Positions 40,944-54,613 of a DNA stretch of 64,000 nucleotides are shown piece by piece. Positions within the stretch are counted from its first letter, which is position 1; every line of letters begins with the position of its first letter. The DNA is from Schizochytrium sp. TIO01 (taxonomy: Eukaryota > Protista > Bigyra: Labyrinthulomycetes). The notes beneath the pieces are model-generated. The model saw only the letters and a list, made by a program, of their open reading frames with translations, searched no databases and was not told the origin of the DNA. The stretch is taken from positions 434,001-498,000 of the forward strand of contig SMSO01000004.1 in assembly GCA_004764695.1 (NCBI GenBank), read 5' to 3'. A program made the translations under genes and the position numbers.

Positions 40944-43900
40944 CAACCACAAATATAGTCGAGAAAAAGTGAATTGGGAGGTCCACCAGCGCTTGTTCAA
41001 GTGCGATATGATCGTTTCAAGGTGGTGTGGAATAGACTGCGTCGCGAAAACGCTCAAGTTGATCTAGATCTGAGGTCGATTTTGATCTGATTATATTCAA
41101 CTGGGCTAACCTGGCAATTTCTGACCTTGTCCAAGCAGAGTCAAGCAAAGTCTAATCAAGTCGTGTCCAGTGACACGGTTGAGGATGCTCCGCAGGCCCA
41201 AAAGCTGATGGAAAAGTACGCGTGGGTCCACACGGACTTGTTGGCCTCCTTCACAGCGAATGGGGCCGACCTCGGCACGAGCGAGCAGCGAGAGCGGCGG
41301 TCCTCGCAGTGCAAAGGGTTTCCTGCCTTGGCGTTAGACACAGACGACAGTACCCCCGGTGGCGGCGGCGCTGCTCCTGCGCTGCGCTCCGCCTCCGTCC
41401 TGCGCAGCGAAGGCCGGGAGAGGAGGGCGATCGGCGCGAAGATGAAGGATTGATGCAAACTTGAATACTAAAACATATTCACTCATTTACTTATTTCGTT
41501 TGTTTCTTTCTAGTACCCGATAGGTGCATGTCTATATTTTACTCTACGACTGACATCGATGAATTTTTGCAAGTCTTTCTTTCTTTTCCTTTCTAAAATA
41601 AAGAAAATCATAAAACAAAATAAATGAAGAATAATGAGGAAATAAATCACCTAACTTCTACTACGAATAAACACAGCAATAAGCGACTCTTCTTCATTCA
41701 TAGACAAGGGCACCGGCAAAAGCTCAACCAAGCGAATGATCGCGTCTCTATAAGCCTCGCTCACCGCTCTTCGCATTATTACCTGCTGCCTCTCTTTGCT
41801 TTCAGTGACTTGCTACAAGGAATAAATTATTTTTACTTTAAAACATGAGTGAATGGGCTCTTTCTTCTTTCGAGTTCTGCTCCATATAAATATCACAAAA
41901 ATTCTTTACTTTGTATTTTAAAACTTTGATTTAAAATAATAAAAAACAAACCAAAGAGATTCATCAGAGATCGCAATCAATCAATCAGATAATCAATCGA
42001 TCGTCAATCCTGTCATTCACACAGTTAATCTCAAGTTGAGAGGACTGCAAAAACCTGCGTCGTGCATCTGCCCACCTCGTCTCTGGTGGTCCTCCAACCA
42101 TGATCAACTAACACCTTTGCCATTCTTGTTGTTCGAGACCGACCTGTCTCCAGTTTTGATTGTTATTGGAATTGTCGAAAACAGACCTTTTCAAGAGTGG
42201 CGATGAACATTAATTAAGTACTTGTTTTCTATCTCCTTGACAGCAGAACAAAATGTCCACTATCGATGAACAAACAAATCACCAATAATAAACGAGTAGA
42301 CCCTACATCATGTGCGTATAATAATTAACAACAACGACAGGAGGTTTACATTTTTTAATATTATTTTTTAAAAGTAAAATTGTGACATACAATTAATTGT
42401 CTGCAAGTTGAAGCCTTCTTCTTCGATCGGCATCATCGTTATATGGAAGTCAGCCTCGAGAAATACTTGCTCTAGAGCCACGGCCATCACCCTTAAAGAC
42501 CCTGTCGAGATTTAGCACAGTGTTTGACGCCTTTAGCAGTTCTGAAGAAGCAGCACAGAATGCATTTATGCATTCCACGAAGATAGACTGTCCAAGCTTT
42601 TTATTTCTCAGGCCGAATAAAAGACGCTTTCAACTTGACTATCTACAGGAGCACTACTATCTATCTAGCTAGGCACCTACCTAGCCGCTAGAGAAAGCAA
42701 AAAAAGCTTCCTTGTTTGCCATTGTTCAATATTCTCAAGCCTATAGTTAAACGTAGCTACCAGCGCTACCGCCTGGACCCCATTGAATAAAATACCGAGC
42801 GAATCTGACAGCAGTAGCTTTTCCACTAAAAGAGTGCTACTCCACTTAGGAATTTCGGACAGACAGAGAGGTCCGCAGTTCTTAACTCACTCAGCCATAA
42901 AAAATTCGTGAACATAATATAATACAATGTAATATAATATAAATTCTATACTATACTGTACTATAATATAAGAACAGCAAGTGAAAAGAACACCTTGCTA
43001 GTAATGCTGAGCACATCCAATCACTTGCATGTACTGGCCATAAGCTCTCCAAGGCAGCCGGCTTTCCCGTAATTCATGACCTCGTGCGGTTACGATCGAG
43101 CTCTCCTCCAGCTCCAGCGAGGACTTCGCTCCACTCGCTCGCTTCCTCGCTTGCTTGCTTGCTTGCTTTTGCTCGGGCTCTGTCGCTAATCTGCCGCTCT
43201 CGAGGCCGTTCTCTCCGTTCTGTTCTGCCTCGCTCGCTGTTCTGCAGGTGGGAGGCTAGTCCATGCGTAAGTAGTGGTAGCCGAGAGGATCATCATCCAC
43301 TTTCCACGAAAGCGTATTTTCTCCTTTCAAGGGCTCCAAAGTTATGCAGTCAGGCCGTGCGCTCCTTTAAAATAAGTAGAGGACAGACGAGAGAGACAGA
43401 GACTACTGCGTACAGTATGGACAGCGACCATTTAATCGGTTTGCAGGAACGAAAGTAAACATCGTCATTAGTAAATGAACAGAAGCAACCAGATAGACAG
43501 AAAGAAACTTTTATTTGCCTATAGTCATTATGGCGAATACTTCATACTAATGTTGCTTTTGCTATTCATGTATTTATTTATTTATTTATTGTTTGATTGA
43601 TTGATTGATTGATTGATTGTTTGTTTGTTAGTTTGTTGTTGTTTATTTGTTCCTCTGACTGAGACGATTCGGCGTGCTTTCCTTGCTCTCCCCAGGCCAC
43701 GCTCACAGGTCACTCACTCACTCGCAGCCTCGAGGCCGCTCGAAGCTCCTCCAAACGCCGCGTTGGCATCTCCAGGAGACAGACCGTCCATATCCGCTTC
43801 GAGTCTCCGCGCGCATCGCCTCTTCTGCTCTTCTGCGAGCGCAATGAGGAGAAGCAGAACAGCCAAACAGACTGAAAAAGAAAGACTAAAAAACCACTCA

Positions 43901-45464
43901 TTTCCATTCCTTCTCCTTCTTCTTCTTCTCTTCTGCGCTTTCGGAGCTGTTTGTCGCTTCTTATTAGGTTCCCAGTACCTCCTAAATTGAAGAAGAAGTT
44001 AAGTTTTCAGTTGATGGCGCTCCTAGACGCGCCTAGCCGACCCATAGGCACCTACCCGTCTGCGGGAGCTTTAAACAGTGTGTGTATTTTAGACACCGTC
44101 ATCATGTTGCAGATACCGCTTACGCCTAGCAGTGCTAACGCGCCCTGATTTTAGTACACGGGGCCTCTGTAGCTTATGCAGCAGTGCTACTGTTTGAGGT
44201 AGAGAGGAGACTAGCCTGCTCGCAAGCTGAATGTCTTGTTCAATGAGAGGTATTAGGTACCCACTAGGTAGGTCTTGTATCTACCATTAGAGTAAACTAT
44301 AGCACCTCAAGAGTGAAGATCCATGCTTCGAAATACTAAAAGGAAGAGTTCGGCGCCACTTCGCTCCCTCTCCCAGGTTCCACTGCGTCGGCCCGTATTT
44401 TATTCCATCCTAACATCTACCTACTGTTTACGCTACTCGTGATCTTTGTTTTCTACGCAGCTGTATTTTATTGCAGGCTGGCTTAACGGAGAGGGCTACC
44501 TAAATCGCTATGGCTTCATTGCTTATATATGAAGTAGAAAGGCCTATGGGGTTAGGAGTGGTTATGGTGTGCATAAGGGTGGCAGGTTGGTTGACTCGCT
44601 GAAAAGAAAAAGAAAAGGAAAGAGAAAAATAACTTGAAAGAAAAGAGAGGTTTTCAAGCTCTGAAGAAAAAAAGTACCGACTACACTACAATGGGAATGG
44701 CGTGGATAATGCCAACGATGAGTCAGGGCAACGCAACGATGATGGTTCAAGGCAATGCAATGAGATCAAAGGCGCCTATCAGTCATCGTTCTCACTTCCT
44801 ACCTATTATCTTGATTTTGTTCTCCCTCATTGTTAGTTTGCAGAGCCTATTCCCAATAGAACCAGGCGCCTAAGCCTAGGTACGGAGGTGCTACCCAGAA
44901 CGAAGGGCCCGTTCCACAGATCTCGCGTCATTTCCTTGCGAAGGAGGCAACCATATACGGGGCTTTGTTCTTGATGATCGAAAGGGGTCTGTCTGTCTTA
45001 CGCTCCACCACCATTCGCAAAAGCGCTCTTTGTCCAGAATCTATCGCTTCAAAGCTTCGTGATTCCTCGTGCTGTCCCGAACTCCCATCGTTCGCAGCAC
45101 TTTTTGTTCACGTTTTTTGTTTAGTTTAAACTTTAATCCTCAATGTTATAAGTTAAATTTTGCGTTTCGGGAAATACAAAATATTTACAAAAATAAATCA
45201 TCCATCAATTAAACTCATCAGCGGTTTTTGTCGTCGTCGTTGTTGCCGTTCTCGAGTAGAGATACATTGAAGAACCATTTGGGGATTGCTTTGTTTATAC
45301 ACTCGCAACTGCTTGAGATGGTGTATGATGTAATGTGCTTCAGCTGAAGTGGACTCATCTGTAGAAAGAACCTATCTTCTCCAGAGTGCTCGACTGATCG
45401 ATTGATTGAGTGATGCGATAGCGGGCATTTATCTCTCTCTCTCTGGGCGTCCTAATCGTACTTG

Positions 45465-45547
45465 AAGCGAGAGAGAGAGAGAGAGAGAGTCTTCTCGAGA
45501 CAGTCACTGCTCGAGTAGTGACTGACTGACTGACTGACTGACTGACT
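45465..45547 (+). repeat. (GA)n and (GACT)n microsatellites
   Basis: Read directly. Confidence 0.85.
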
Positions 45548-45816
45548 GGGATCGAGTCAGAGCAGGTACGTGCTAGTAGAGACGCGTGCCAAGTGGAGCG
45601 TTCTGTTCAGGTACATAGCTGAGAAGAATTTATTGCCTGTACTATCTATGATCGATTGATTTAATTGTGCTATTCTGTTCTCTTCTCTTCTCGTTGGTGC
45701 ACTCTTGAAGTTTTTATATTTTATAGAGATTGGTTTCCAAAATTTGGGAAGGTTTTGGTTGATTGATTGATTGATTGATCATCCACTACATACTTTTTTA
45801 GTAATAATGTACTTGT

Positions 45817-45848
45817 ATGCATGCATGCATGCATGCATGCATGCATGC
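45817..45848 (+). repeat. (ATGC)n self-complementary microsatellite
   Basis: About 8 copies read directly. Confidence 0.9.
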
Positions 45849-48140
45849 TGTGGAATTCTATCCTGCGAGGTATCTGGTGGAGCGATCCCGATGGTACCTA
45901 AGTCTGGCATTGCGATGAATTGATGGCGGTGGATGGCTGAGTACCGTTCTCCATGTGAATTGCGCAATGATTGCTCTGCTTTTTGACTCGGTACCTTCCG
46001 GGGAACTTAACCTCATACTCCAAGTTGTGTCAGGATGATATTTCATATAATGGAAACTTTGATATGTCCTAGATAAGTGTTACCTAATAAAAATACTTTA
46101 TTTTTCTCTGCAAATCTTTCAAGTCTCTAGTGATTTTCAGAAAAGAAAAGAAAACGTGTGAGTAATGGCCCATTAGTACAAAATTTGATAGTTCACTGGG
46201 ATTGCGAAGGACGCCGCAGTAGCACGGCTTAACTATACACGTGTCTGTGTTACTACCTATGGGTAATAGGTATATTAGAAAGAAAAAAAAGTAAAGTTGA
46301 TTGCTTCGAGTGCAACGCAATCTACCAAGGTAAAGAAAACATTATCCTTTGGTATCTTCTAAAATGTTTTTTTTTTAATCCCTCTTGAAAGGTTTATTCG
46401 TCTTGCGAGTCTTTCTCCACCTGAGAAAAATCACAACTACTATTCTGTCGAAAAGTGTTCGGGAATCCGCGCGTTCGCTAGCGTATTGTTGTTTTTAAAA
46501 TATGCGTTTTGTTGCCTTGTATCATACAACAGAATCAGCTTTCTTTCTTTATTGGTCCACAGAAGCTGTTTCGACTTGACTACCTATTCTTCTTCAAATT
46601 CGTTGAGGATTTTTTATTATTATATACATATATTTTTAATTCAAGTTATAAACACCTATTTATTTATAAAAACAAATAAACAAACAAATGAATAAGTTTG
46701 GTTGCAGAACCCCTTTGCTGTGTTTCTTCTTAATCCTTCAAGTGTGTTATTTCTTAGCCAAGGGTTCAAAGTCTAGTGTAATTTCTTCCTCCAGCTGCTC
46801 AAAAGCATACATTTGAGAGGCCCGCGCCCCATTGCGGCCAAAGATGCTGCGAATCAATGTGAAGTTGTCAGCCGACTTTGCATCAAAACTTCATATAAAC
46901 AAAAATGATTTGTACCGTACTATAAAAGTAAAAGAAAAAGAAGAATTTTTTTCTTAGACTTCGTTAACCTGCGTTTCAGAGTCCCGAAGGGTTCAGCATT
47001 ACCTCAACTCCTACGGTGCTCCCTTTGCTTGATACCTTCAGTGTGGATGATATTAAATCTTGGGCTGGTTGGGGGTAGTATGGTACGTTTAGGAGGTTCT
47101 GTGAAAGTACCTGCAAGGTTCTGCCGACAGAAATTGTTGATACGTTTGTTCGTTTTAATAGGTAATATCCAATCAGTCACTAATTTCGTCACAGCAGAAG
47201 GCTCTGACCAATTCTGCAAAAGGCAATAATCCGTATAAGATCGACTCTTTTTGCGATGGCCTTGAAAGTCGCTACTCCGAAGTATAGTTGTGTGACTAGT
47301 TACAAACATCATGCTATCAACTTTAAGCAAACTTCTCGTCGGCTAAGAATCTAGCGGAGTAATGACAGGACGATTCGGGGGTTAAGTTGATGCAGTTAAT
47401 GATGACAGACTTACCCAAGATGGAACTGAAGAACCGAACGGCGGAGCTGCAGAAACCAAGGAAGGAATTACGGTTGCTATTTGGAATACACAAGCTGCCC
47501 ACAACATAGCTCGACAAGATTTTCGACATATGTATGCAGCTCGGATTCGGTTATATTCGTTGACCATGGCCAAGCTACCAGGACCATATGGATAGACATC
47601 GCATGACTGTGATGTAAATGAAGCAAATTTAGCTCGTTTTAGCGGCCGCGATTCGATCGTAGATTTTAAAAGCACAGTCCGCAGGGGCGGGGTTTCTTCA
47701 AAGTTCATTTCCAAGATACCACATTTTATTAGCTCGAGCAACTTCAAATTAGCTGTTGGAAGCGTGCAGTATCGAGCAAACATGGGATCCAGTGAATATG
47801 ACATAAATTCCATTTACAAATTTCTGGAGTAAGACACGAGCATGGATACCATAGTTTACAAATTGAATAAAAATAAATTATATTACATGACTAATATATT
47901 TTTTTTGTAGATTCATCAACACAATCTATGAGGTCTTGGTCTTCTGGTGTTTTCTGATTTTTCTGCCTCTACATACCCAGCCTTGTTTTTCACCTGACCG
48001 CCTTTTCATAAAGGAGAAGGAAACATACGATTTCGCGTGTGTAAAGATGGAAAATACGCTGGAGAAGTTTCGCCAAACTCCATGCCAGATAAACCTAGCT
48101 TCTGTGAGGAGTAGTAGCTTGGTCAGCAATGTTCGCTCAC

Positions 48141-51121
48141 TCAAACACGCGTGATGCTGAGGGATTCCTTTGGCTCAAGTAAGTTGGAACTTTCGTGATC
48201 TAGAGTAGCAGGAGTCACACATGAGGCTCGCTCGAGAAGTTGTTTACATTCTTCTTCAAGAAGAGCATTTCGAGCTAATAAACGACCTATCTGTGTTTCC
48301 AGCTCCTCGATGGCAGGATTGCTTGATCGAACACCCGGATCAGAACTACTATGACTAGACTTTTGAAGAGACTCTGCAACTTCACCAGCAGACTTCCCGC
48401 GGTTTCGATGCTGAGAGTGAATTTTGGGAATAAAAATTAGGCATAACATGGCAAACTCAGTAAGAAACACAATGCCTCCAAGACAAAGAAAACGAGCCAC
48501 CGGTTCGTCACCTACCGCCAGAAGCAAAGGAACCCCCAAAACAATAAGCTGCAACGAGGTATACAAAACAATGAGAAGGTATCTTCGCTCCTGAAACTGA
48601 GCATTCAAATTCCTCACTCTATAAAGAAGCACATGGCCTCCAAGCAAAAGGGACACATGGACTATAGCAAGTGCGGTTATAAAAGCAACAAAATAGTCAG
48701 AATGGCAATACCCAGTAGAGTCCACAAAAACGATATTGGACGAAACACCAGCAAACTCTACAGGGGTGGTTCGAACCCAATGAAGTGGATCCAAGGCTGT
48801 CCAAACTGCGAGAACCAGTGCATCCAGGCACAGCACCACAAGAATGGACTTCAACAAATCCATATTTGTGATGCGAATGCGCTTCATGAGTTTATTGTTT
48901 ACAATCCGCCCAAGGCGCCACGATTTGGCAAACAAAGCAGAGAATGACAGTGTAAAGCCTATACAGTAAAACCATGGAATCAGAACGCAAGCAATATTAG
49001 CGCTTTCAACATCGTCTTCTGCCGAGGCGTCTACTGCTAGTACGATTATTGTTGCACTTGACACCGCGCTTCCTATCGCCACAAGGTATAAAAAGAAAGG
49101 CTGAGAAAGCTGCACAACAGGCTCCTTTCTGTGAACAAAAACCCATACTCCGAAACCGATTGCAAGTGCCCAGTTAATTGCAACTACAACATATCCCAAA
49201 ACTTTGAGTGAGTGTGGCAACATATTATCAATATATCTGTAGCATTGGGTAGCACCTGTGCCTTCAGAAACAGAGTTTTCGGGACACACATCGCAGGAGT
49301 CCCCGCTTGCACTGAATGAACCTTCCTCGCATGCAAGACATTTGTCACAAAGAAAGCAATTTGATGACAACGGCGTGCTGGCATTTTGGCTAGCACCAGG
49401 GTTGCAAGCCTCTGCAAGTGGTACTGGAAATAAAAAGGCTGCTGAAGCAGCATCACTTGGAGCAATGCATGCATCTGTGAATTCAACAACAGATTCTTCT
49501 GCATTGACCTCCTCCTCAACAATGCTGTTCGTAACATTTGTGTTACCGGTTGAGTTCTTTGACAAATTGCTATGAGGAACGATATTATGTAGTAGTTGAC
49601 GTCGTGACGAGCTAACTGGAAGAATCTGAACTCCAGCAGGGTCACGGCCGATGTTCCGACGCCACGAATTAAAAGATACGCGACCATATATGGTATCACC
49701 TGTGAAAGTTTCAAGACTACGTCGCAACTTTTCATAGTTGTTAACAATATAGGTGGCAACGTCAGGGCTTTGTTGATCAGAAAAAAACTTTGTTAAATGG
49801 GCGCGGAAGATGTTCGGAATTGTGTACGATGCCACAGTATCATAAGTTGGAGTGTATCCATACAAATTTTCATTATATTGTTGCAGCTGAACTCCGCCAC
49901 CAGGAAAATAATCATCCACATATAGAAAAGCTGTGTGCCACTGACCAGCACCAGAAAAATATTGAGCTCGACCGTTAAGGTTGGCCAGCCCCCATGCAAG
50001 TGTTGTGCTTGTTGACCAGACTGCGGAAGGCAAACATCCGTTATCAATCCAGAAATCTACCATCGAATTTGCTTCAGTATCAGATGCGATACATAACACA
50101 TAGACATTCGCTCCCGAGGAACACATCCTTCGAGCGAGGTCTTTTGAAAACGACTCATCGCTACTGTCATTCATTCCGTTGCCATTGCTATCCCCTTGAG
50201 GATCATATCGCTCATTAAAAATCAAGCTTAATTTCACTGAGGACAAGTTGGCCAACGTTGCAGCTGCGTTGCATGTCGAATTATAGAATGTACTTCGATC
50301 ACGTCCCGCAATTGCCACAGTTGCACCAGGGCTTACGAAACTGATCTGCCTCAGCGTATCGAGTGCATAGTCATCACTCGAGACATGTATTCCAAAAAGA
50401 TACTCATTGTCGTTGTCTTCATAGTATTGATTAGGCCCAACCTGGGCCATGATGATACGCCCTTCAATGTGGCCTTCGTATGGACTTGCCTCAGAGCAGG
50501 TTCCTACCACGTATGTTACTGAATAAGTTGCAAGCGCGGACTCCAGTAACTCCTGATGTATGCTACCGTAACCTGCATCAGTAGCGCTACGACCAGCAAT
50601 GAGGGAGACAAGCCTGAAATGCACGGTGGTCTTGTTTCCATAGCCTACGTTAAATCCTGTTGTGTTGTTGATTTTCTGCACCGATGTTCGTACACCATCG
50701 CGATGATCCGCGCAGTGCGCGGGAGTTATCTGTAAGAGTAGAATTTCTGTGCTTGAAACAGTGGAATTTGAGTTAGAATCAGACTCAGAAGAAACTATAT
50801 TCAACGTGTCATTGTACATTACGCAAGGTGTCACATCTTCCTGTGTCACGCGCAGATCTGCGCTTGACAGCTCGCATGCTCCCAATTTGTCAACTTGAAT
50901 TCCCACAGGATTTGTAGCATTGGCGTCATTCTCTTCATCAACAGAGTAAAATTCCTCAAGCGTGCGAGTTCCTTCCACTGAATCCTCATTTCGTCAATAT
51001 AATTTATCTCTGCAGAGCTACTCAGAGCCTTGATACATGGTAAAACATTGTACTGAGGTTCGCTAAGAATTGTGAGTGACAAAAGAGCAGTAGACAATGT
51101 CAGGCGCAGGTTTGCCACCAT
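48141..51121 (-). CDS. Class C (GABA-B-like) GPCR: signal peptide, periplasmic-binding-protein-like ectodomain, Cys-rich linker, 7TM; apparent 1-nt frameshift at ~50990
   Basis: 7TM motifs VVQLSQPFFL, LFAKSWRL, DPLHW, CHSD and LCLIFIPKI; Cys cluster CDKCLACEEG...CDVCP. Adding one A to the A3 run at 50989-50991 joins the signal-peptide ORF (ATG 51121) to the main ORF. Confidence 0.88.
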
Positions 51122-53035
51122 TTTGTCAAGGGTGGTCGAGTTCTGCGAATCTGCACGTGATAATTTATGTATGAGTTGACAGATGCGTTAACGCAATATT
51201 GTATTTGAGAGACCGAAGGCCACCAGGGGCCTGGCTTGAAACACGCGGGTACAATGATACAGACGTGGGTATTTTTAATGTAAAGCTGCGTTTTTTGTGT
51301 ATATGCACGATTCAGAGGCGAGGCTCACTTGTCTAATGCAAGAATTGTCACCTAAAGTAAACGACAACTGGTTTGCCTATCCAGGCCAGCCAACACGAAG
51401 AGCACACAAGTGGTCACTAGCGTGGTCCGTGGCGTGCGGCCCTAGCTGTCCAATCTTCTGCGACAACTTTTCGAGTCCTCGATTCTTTAAGGAAGAAAGA
51501 TAAGGTCTTGCTGATGGCACAGCCGAAAGCAATTCACGCGTGCAGGAGACCTCCACCACAAGAAGTACTTTGAGAGTAATGCGTGCTGAGGAACGCGATG
51601 TCTCTCGCCTTTGCAGAATGGGGTCTTTGTCTTCCTACGACTACCTGTACATAGCTCGTTCAATTGATGCATAGGAAAGGATGAAAGTGGGTGCCCTTTT
51701 CGACGAAGAATAATGCGACAAAAAGTAGCCATATCCTACTGCTACAGTAGGTAGTTAGTAGTTACATAGGTCTAATACTTAGTGGCCACAACAGAAGTAG
51801 CTTTCTTCATCCGTCCTCGTTGAATTTTAGCATGGGGTCTACGTCATTTTCTCAATTAAAAGCAAGACGTTCACGCGAATCTCTGCATTACAGGCACATG
51901 GCGTTCCTGCTTGATCGCTTACCTGCCCATGCCAGGCGACCATCATGGTTTGGCTATTTGCTTACTTCCGCCTTGAAGTCAAGAGCAATTTTCCCAAATC
52001 GCACACCTTTCATTTCACTTTGAACACACGACGAATCCAAGACAAGGGCAAACCTGTGACACCATCTGCCAGAGCTACGCAGAGCTAGTCGAGAACAACA
52101 GAATTCTTGGCGAACCTTGCGCTGGGGCTATACTGAGTTTGGGATCGAGGTCACTCCAATGGCGGCCCAGAGCTTGGGTTGTCTGGAGCACTTGGGCGCG
52201 TGTCCTCTTGCTCATGTCCCAGGTATGCAGTTCTAGGGATTACGCTATATGACTGTATAAGAGCAAGGGCTTTCTTAAAACTTTCAGTTGTTCTGTGGAC
52301 CAATGCCGTCTATGGAAACCAAGTCGCCATGGGGTACTAGGCACCATGTATCAGTAGTACAGATTGAGATTGAGGTTCCAGGTATTGGGCAGCAGGTGTG
52401 CATTAAGTGGAGACGAGTGACCAAGGCTAAACGTTTCCTTAAATTATGTACAAACTGCATACGGCACTGCATCGAGGTGGAAATAAATGTGTATACTTTT
52501 ACATCAGTCAGAACTTATTGGATACTTGAGGTCTAGGGAAGGCCCATTGAGTGGGGTAGGCCTGCACGTGCTTCATTTGGCAGAATAGGTTTGTAAATGT
52601 ATGTGCGCTTTATATCTAGTGCTTTAGCTACATCTTGCTTGAAGTAAACAGCTTGAACGAAGAACGAACTCGACCTTCATTGAAATGATTGCATGTGTAC
52701 TTCAAAGGTAACTCAATTAAAGAATTTTAGAAAATGACACAAGAGAGCTGTGTTCTCTACGGAATAACGCACTGCCCCAGAGTGAACGCAAATCATTGTA
52801 ATTCCATTGCTATGTCTCCGTTTTTCTTACGAATAAGAGAACCAGACTCATTGTCGGTTTAAAATCCTCCAAGCGCATGTGTGCTACTTTATCAAGATTT
52901 CGAAGAAATGAGCAAAACAAGAAGTTATTCTTTTTTCAAGACAAAGCTAGACTCCTCAAATTAAGGAAAACCGCATGATAAACAACGTCAAAACTAACGC
53001 ACACTAGTTCCTAGTCTGAACTGGTGTTGCGAGAA

Positions 53036-54040
53036 TTAATTGTGCAGGAGAGGGGAAGTCAGCTTGGATGATGACGCATCTTTCTGAAGCATGTACAGTA
53101 CTACGCCAGCAACAGCAGCCAGCACGACAACGACAATGCTAGCGATGGCTGTGCTGTCCAAATCAGAGCTTCCAGGGTTGGGGGAGTTGCCTCCAGCAAG
53201 TTGATTCCGGTGAATGCCAAGGAGAGCCCATACGCAGACACCAGCGAAGAAAAGATCCATGCGAGTAATCACCATGCAAACAGTCAAAAGAGAAACAAGG
53301 CCTACAACACCAATTGCAAAATCAGCAGACCCCACCTGTGTAGTAGAGGTGTTGGAAGGATCGTAGACAGTGTTGGCCAGATTAAGCACAGCTGCTAGAG
53401 TTACCCAGCAAGTGTTTGCAGATACGGCGCCAAAAAGGGTTAATTTGGTGTAGAGGGACACATTTGGGTTAGTGTAGTCAACGTCCAGCAGGGTGTAAAC
53501 GTTCCAGAGCGAGAAAAACGTTACAAATAGCACCACAACGCCAAGCCAGTGAGAAAACCCCTGAGAAGCAGCACCATTTACCACAAGCCATGTGCCCGAA
53601 CTCAAGTAATCTGCCAATTTAAAAAAAAATAGTTTTGTATGCAGGTTCAAACAATGTTAGTCACTCAGCCGCTCATTTCTGACAGAACAAAACATCGCTC
53701 TTAAACAGAGCCAGTTATGCAGAAGGCCCATGCTGTCAATCCACAATGAGTCATTGTAACATCTATCAAGTTTCAACTTACTCAGGGCGAGCCAGGCTCT
53801 TACACTGGCCATATTCTGTACCTCGTATCCAGAGAGAACCTCCGTCGCAATTGCAATAGCGTGAAGAACATAGATAATGCTCCACACAGCGAAGGTGCGG
53901 TCATCTGGCTGCACATACGAGTATGCAGCTCCCTTCGTGGTGCCATCACTGTACTTAGCAAACGCAAAACCTGAGAGTCCAAACTGCGCCACAAAGGCCA
54001 CCACAAGGCCAATCGCGCTCACGGGTACTTCAAGTGTCAT
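53036..54040 (-). CDS. TspO/MBR-like multi-pass membrane protein (2 exons; intron 53611-53781)
   Basis: Removing the GTAAGT...GGCAG intron gives in-frame WLALN|YLSSGTW. Motifs YVQPDDRTFAVWSIIY and WVTLAAVLN are typical of tryptophan-rich sensory proteins. Confidence 0.75.
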
Positions 54041-54613
54041 TGTCCTTTGCCGCTAGAACAACCTGCAAGCAAACCTGACCTCACTCAAAACTCTTTGGTC
54101 GTCAATCTAAGACCTGATGCAAATCAGGTTCTTCTCCAACTACAGCTCACCAAGCGGGTGTTTGTTGTTTGCGTTGACTTATACCCGTGAAACTTTCTCT
54201 CTCCAAAACTTTCTTGATTATTGACAGTCTTAAAAGTTCTTCGTTTTGCACGCTGACTCGGTGAAGATTTTCTTGCCTCCTCGAAGCTCTGCCCAACTTC
54301 CCTATTACCCCTCCCTCAAGCGTCCCTAATGCATAGATCCCTCCTCCTAAGGGTGTATGAAGAGAACCCTTTTAAACCTACTTTATCTGCACAAGAGAGT
54401 TCTAAATTACCAGCTTGTCTTGAAAGTGCGTTGCGCAGAGTTTGGTTGATTTGACTCGATTATTTTTATGAGGTTTGATTTGATTCAAAGTCAGATCGAG
54501 AGCGGCCCTGCTGTGCGCCTAGGCTGCGCTGCAATCCTCGTGAACGCTTCACAAGAAGCTGGTGCTGCTGTCAAGAGGCAACTTCTTTGTGAACCCTCGC
54601 GACAGGGTGCAAA

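Noticed and set aside
41127-47813. ORFs 41127..41453, 43084..43458, 43613..43990, 47004..47330 and 47382..47813
   Set aside because: No recognisable motifs; several have non-ATG starts or overlap simple repeats. They cannot be supported as genes from sequence alone.
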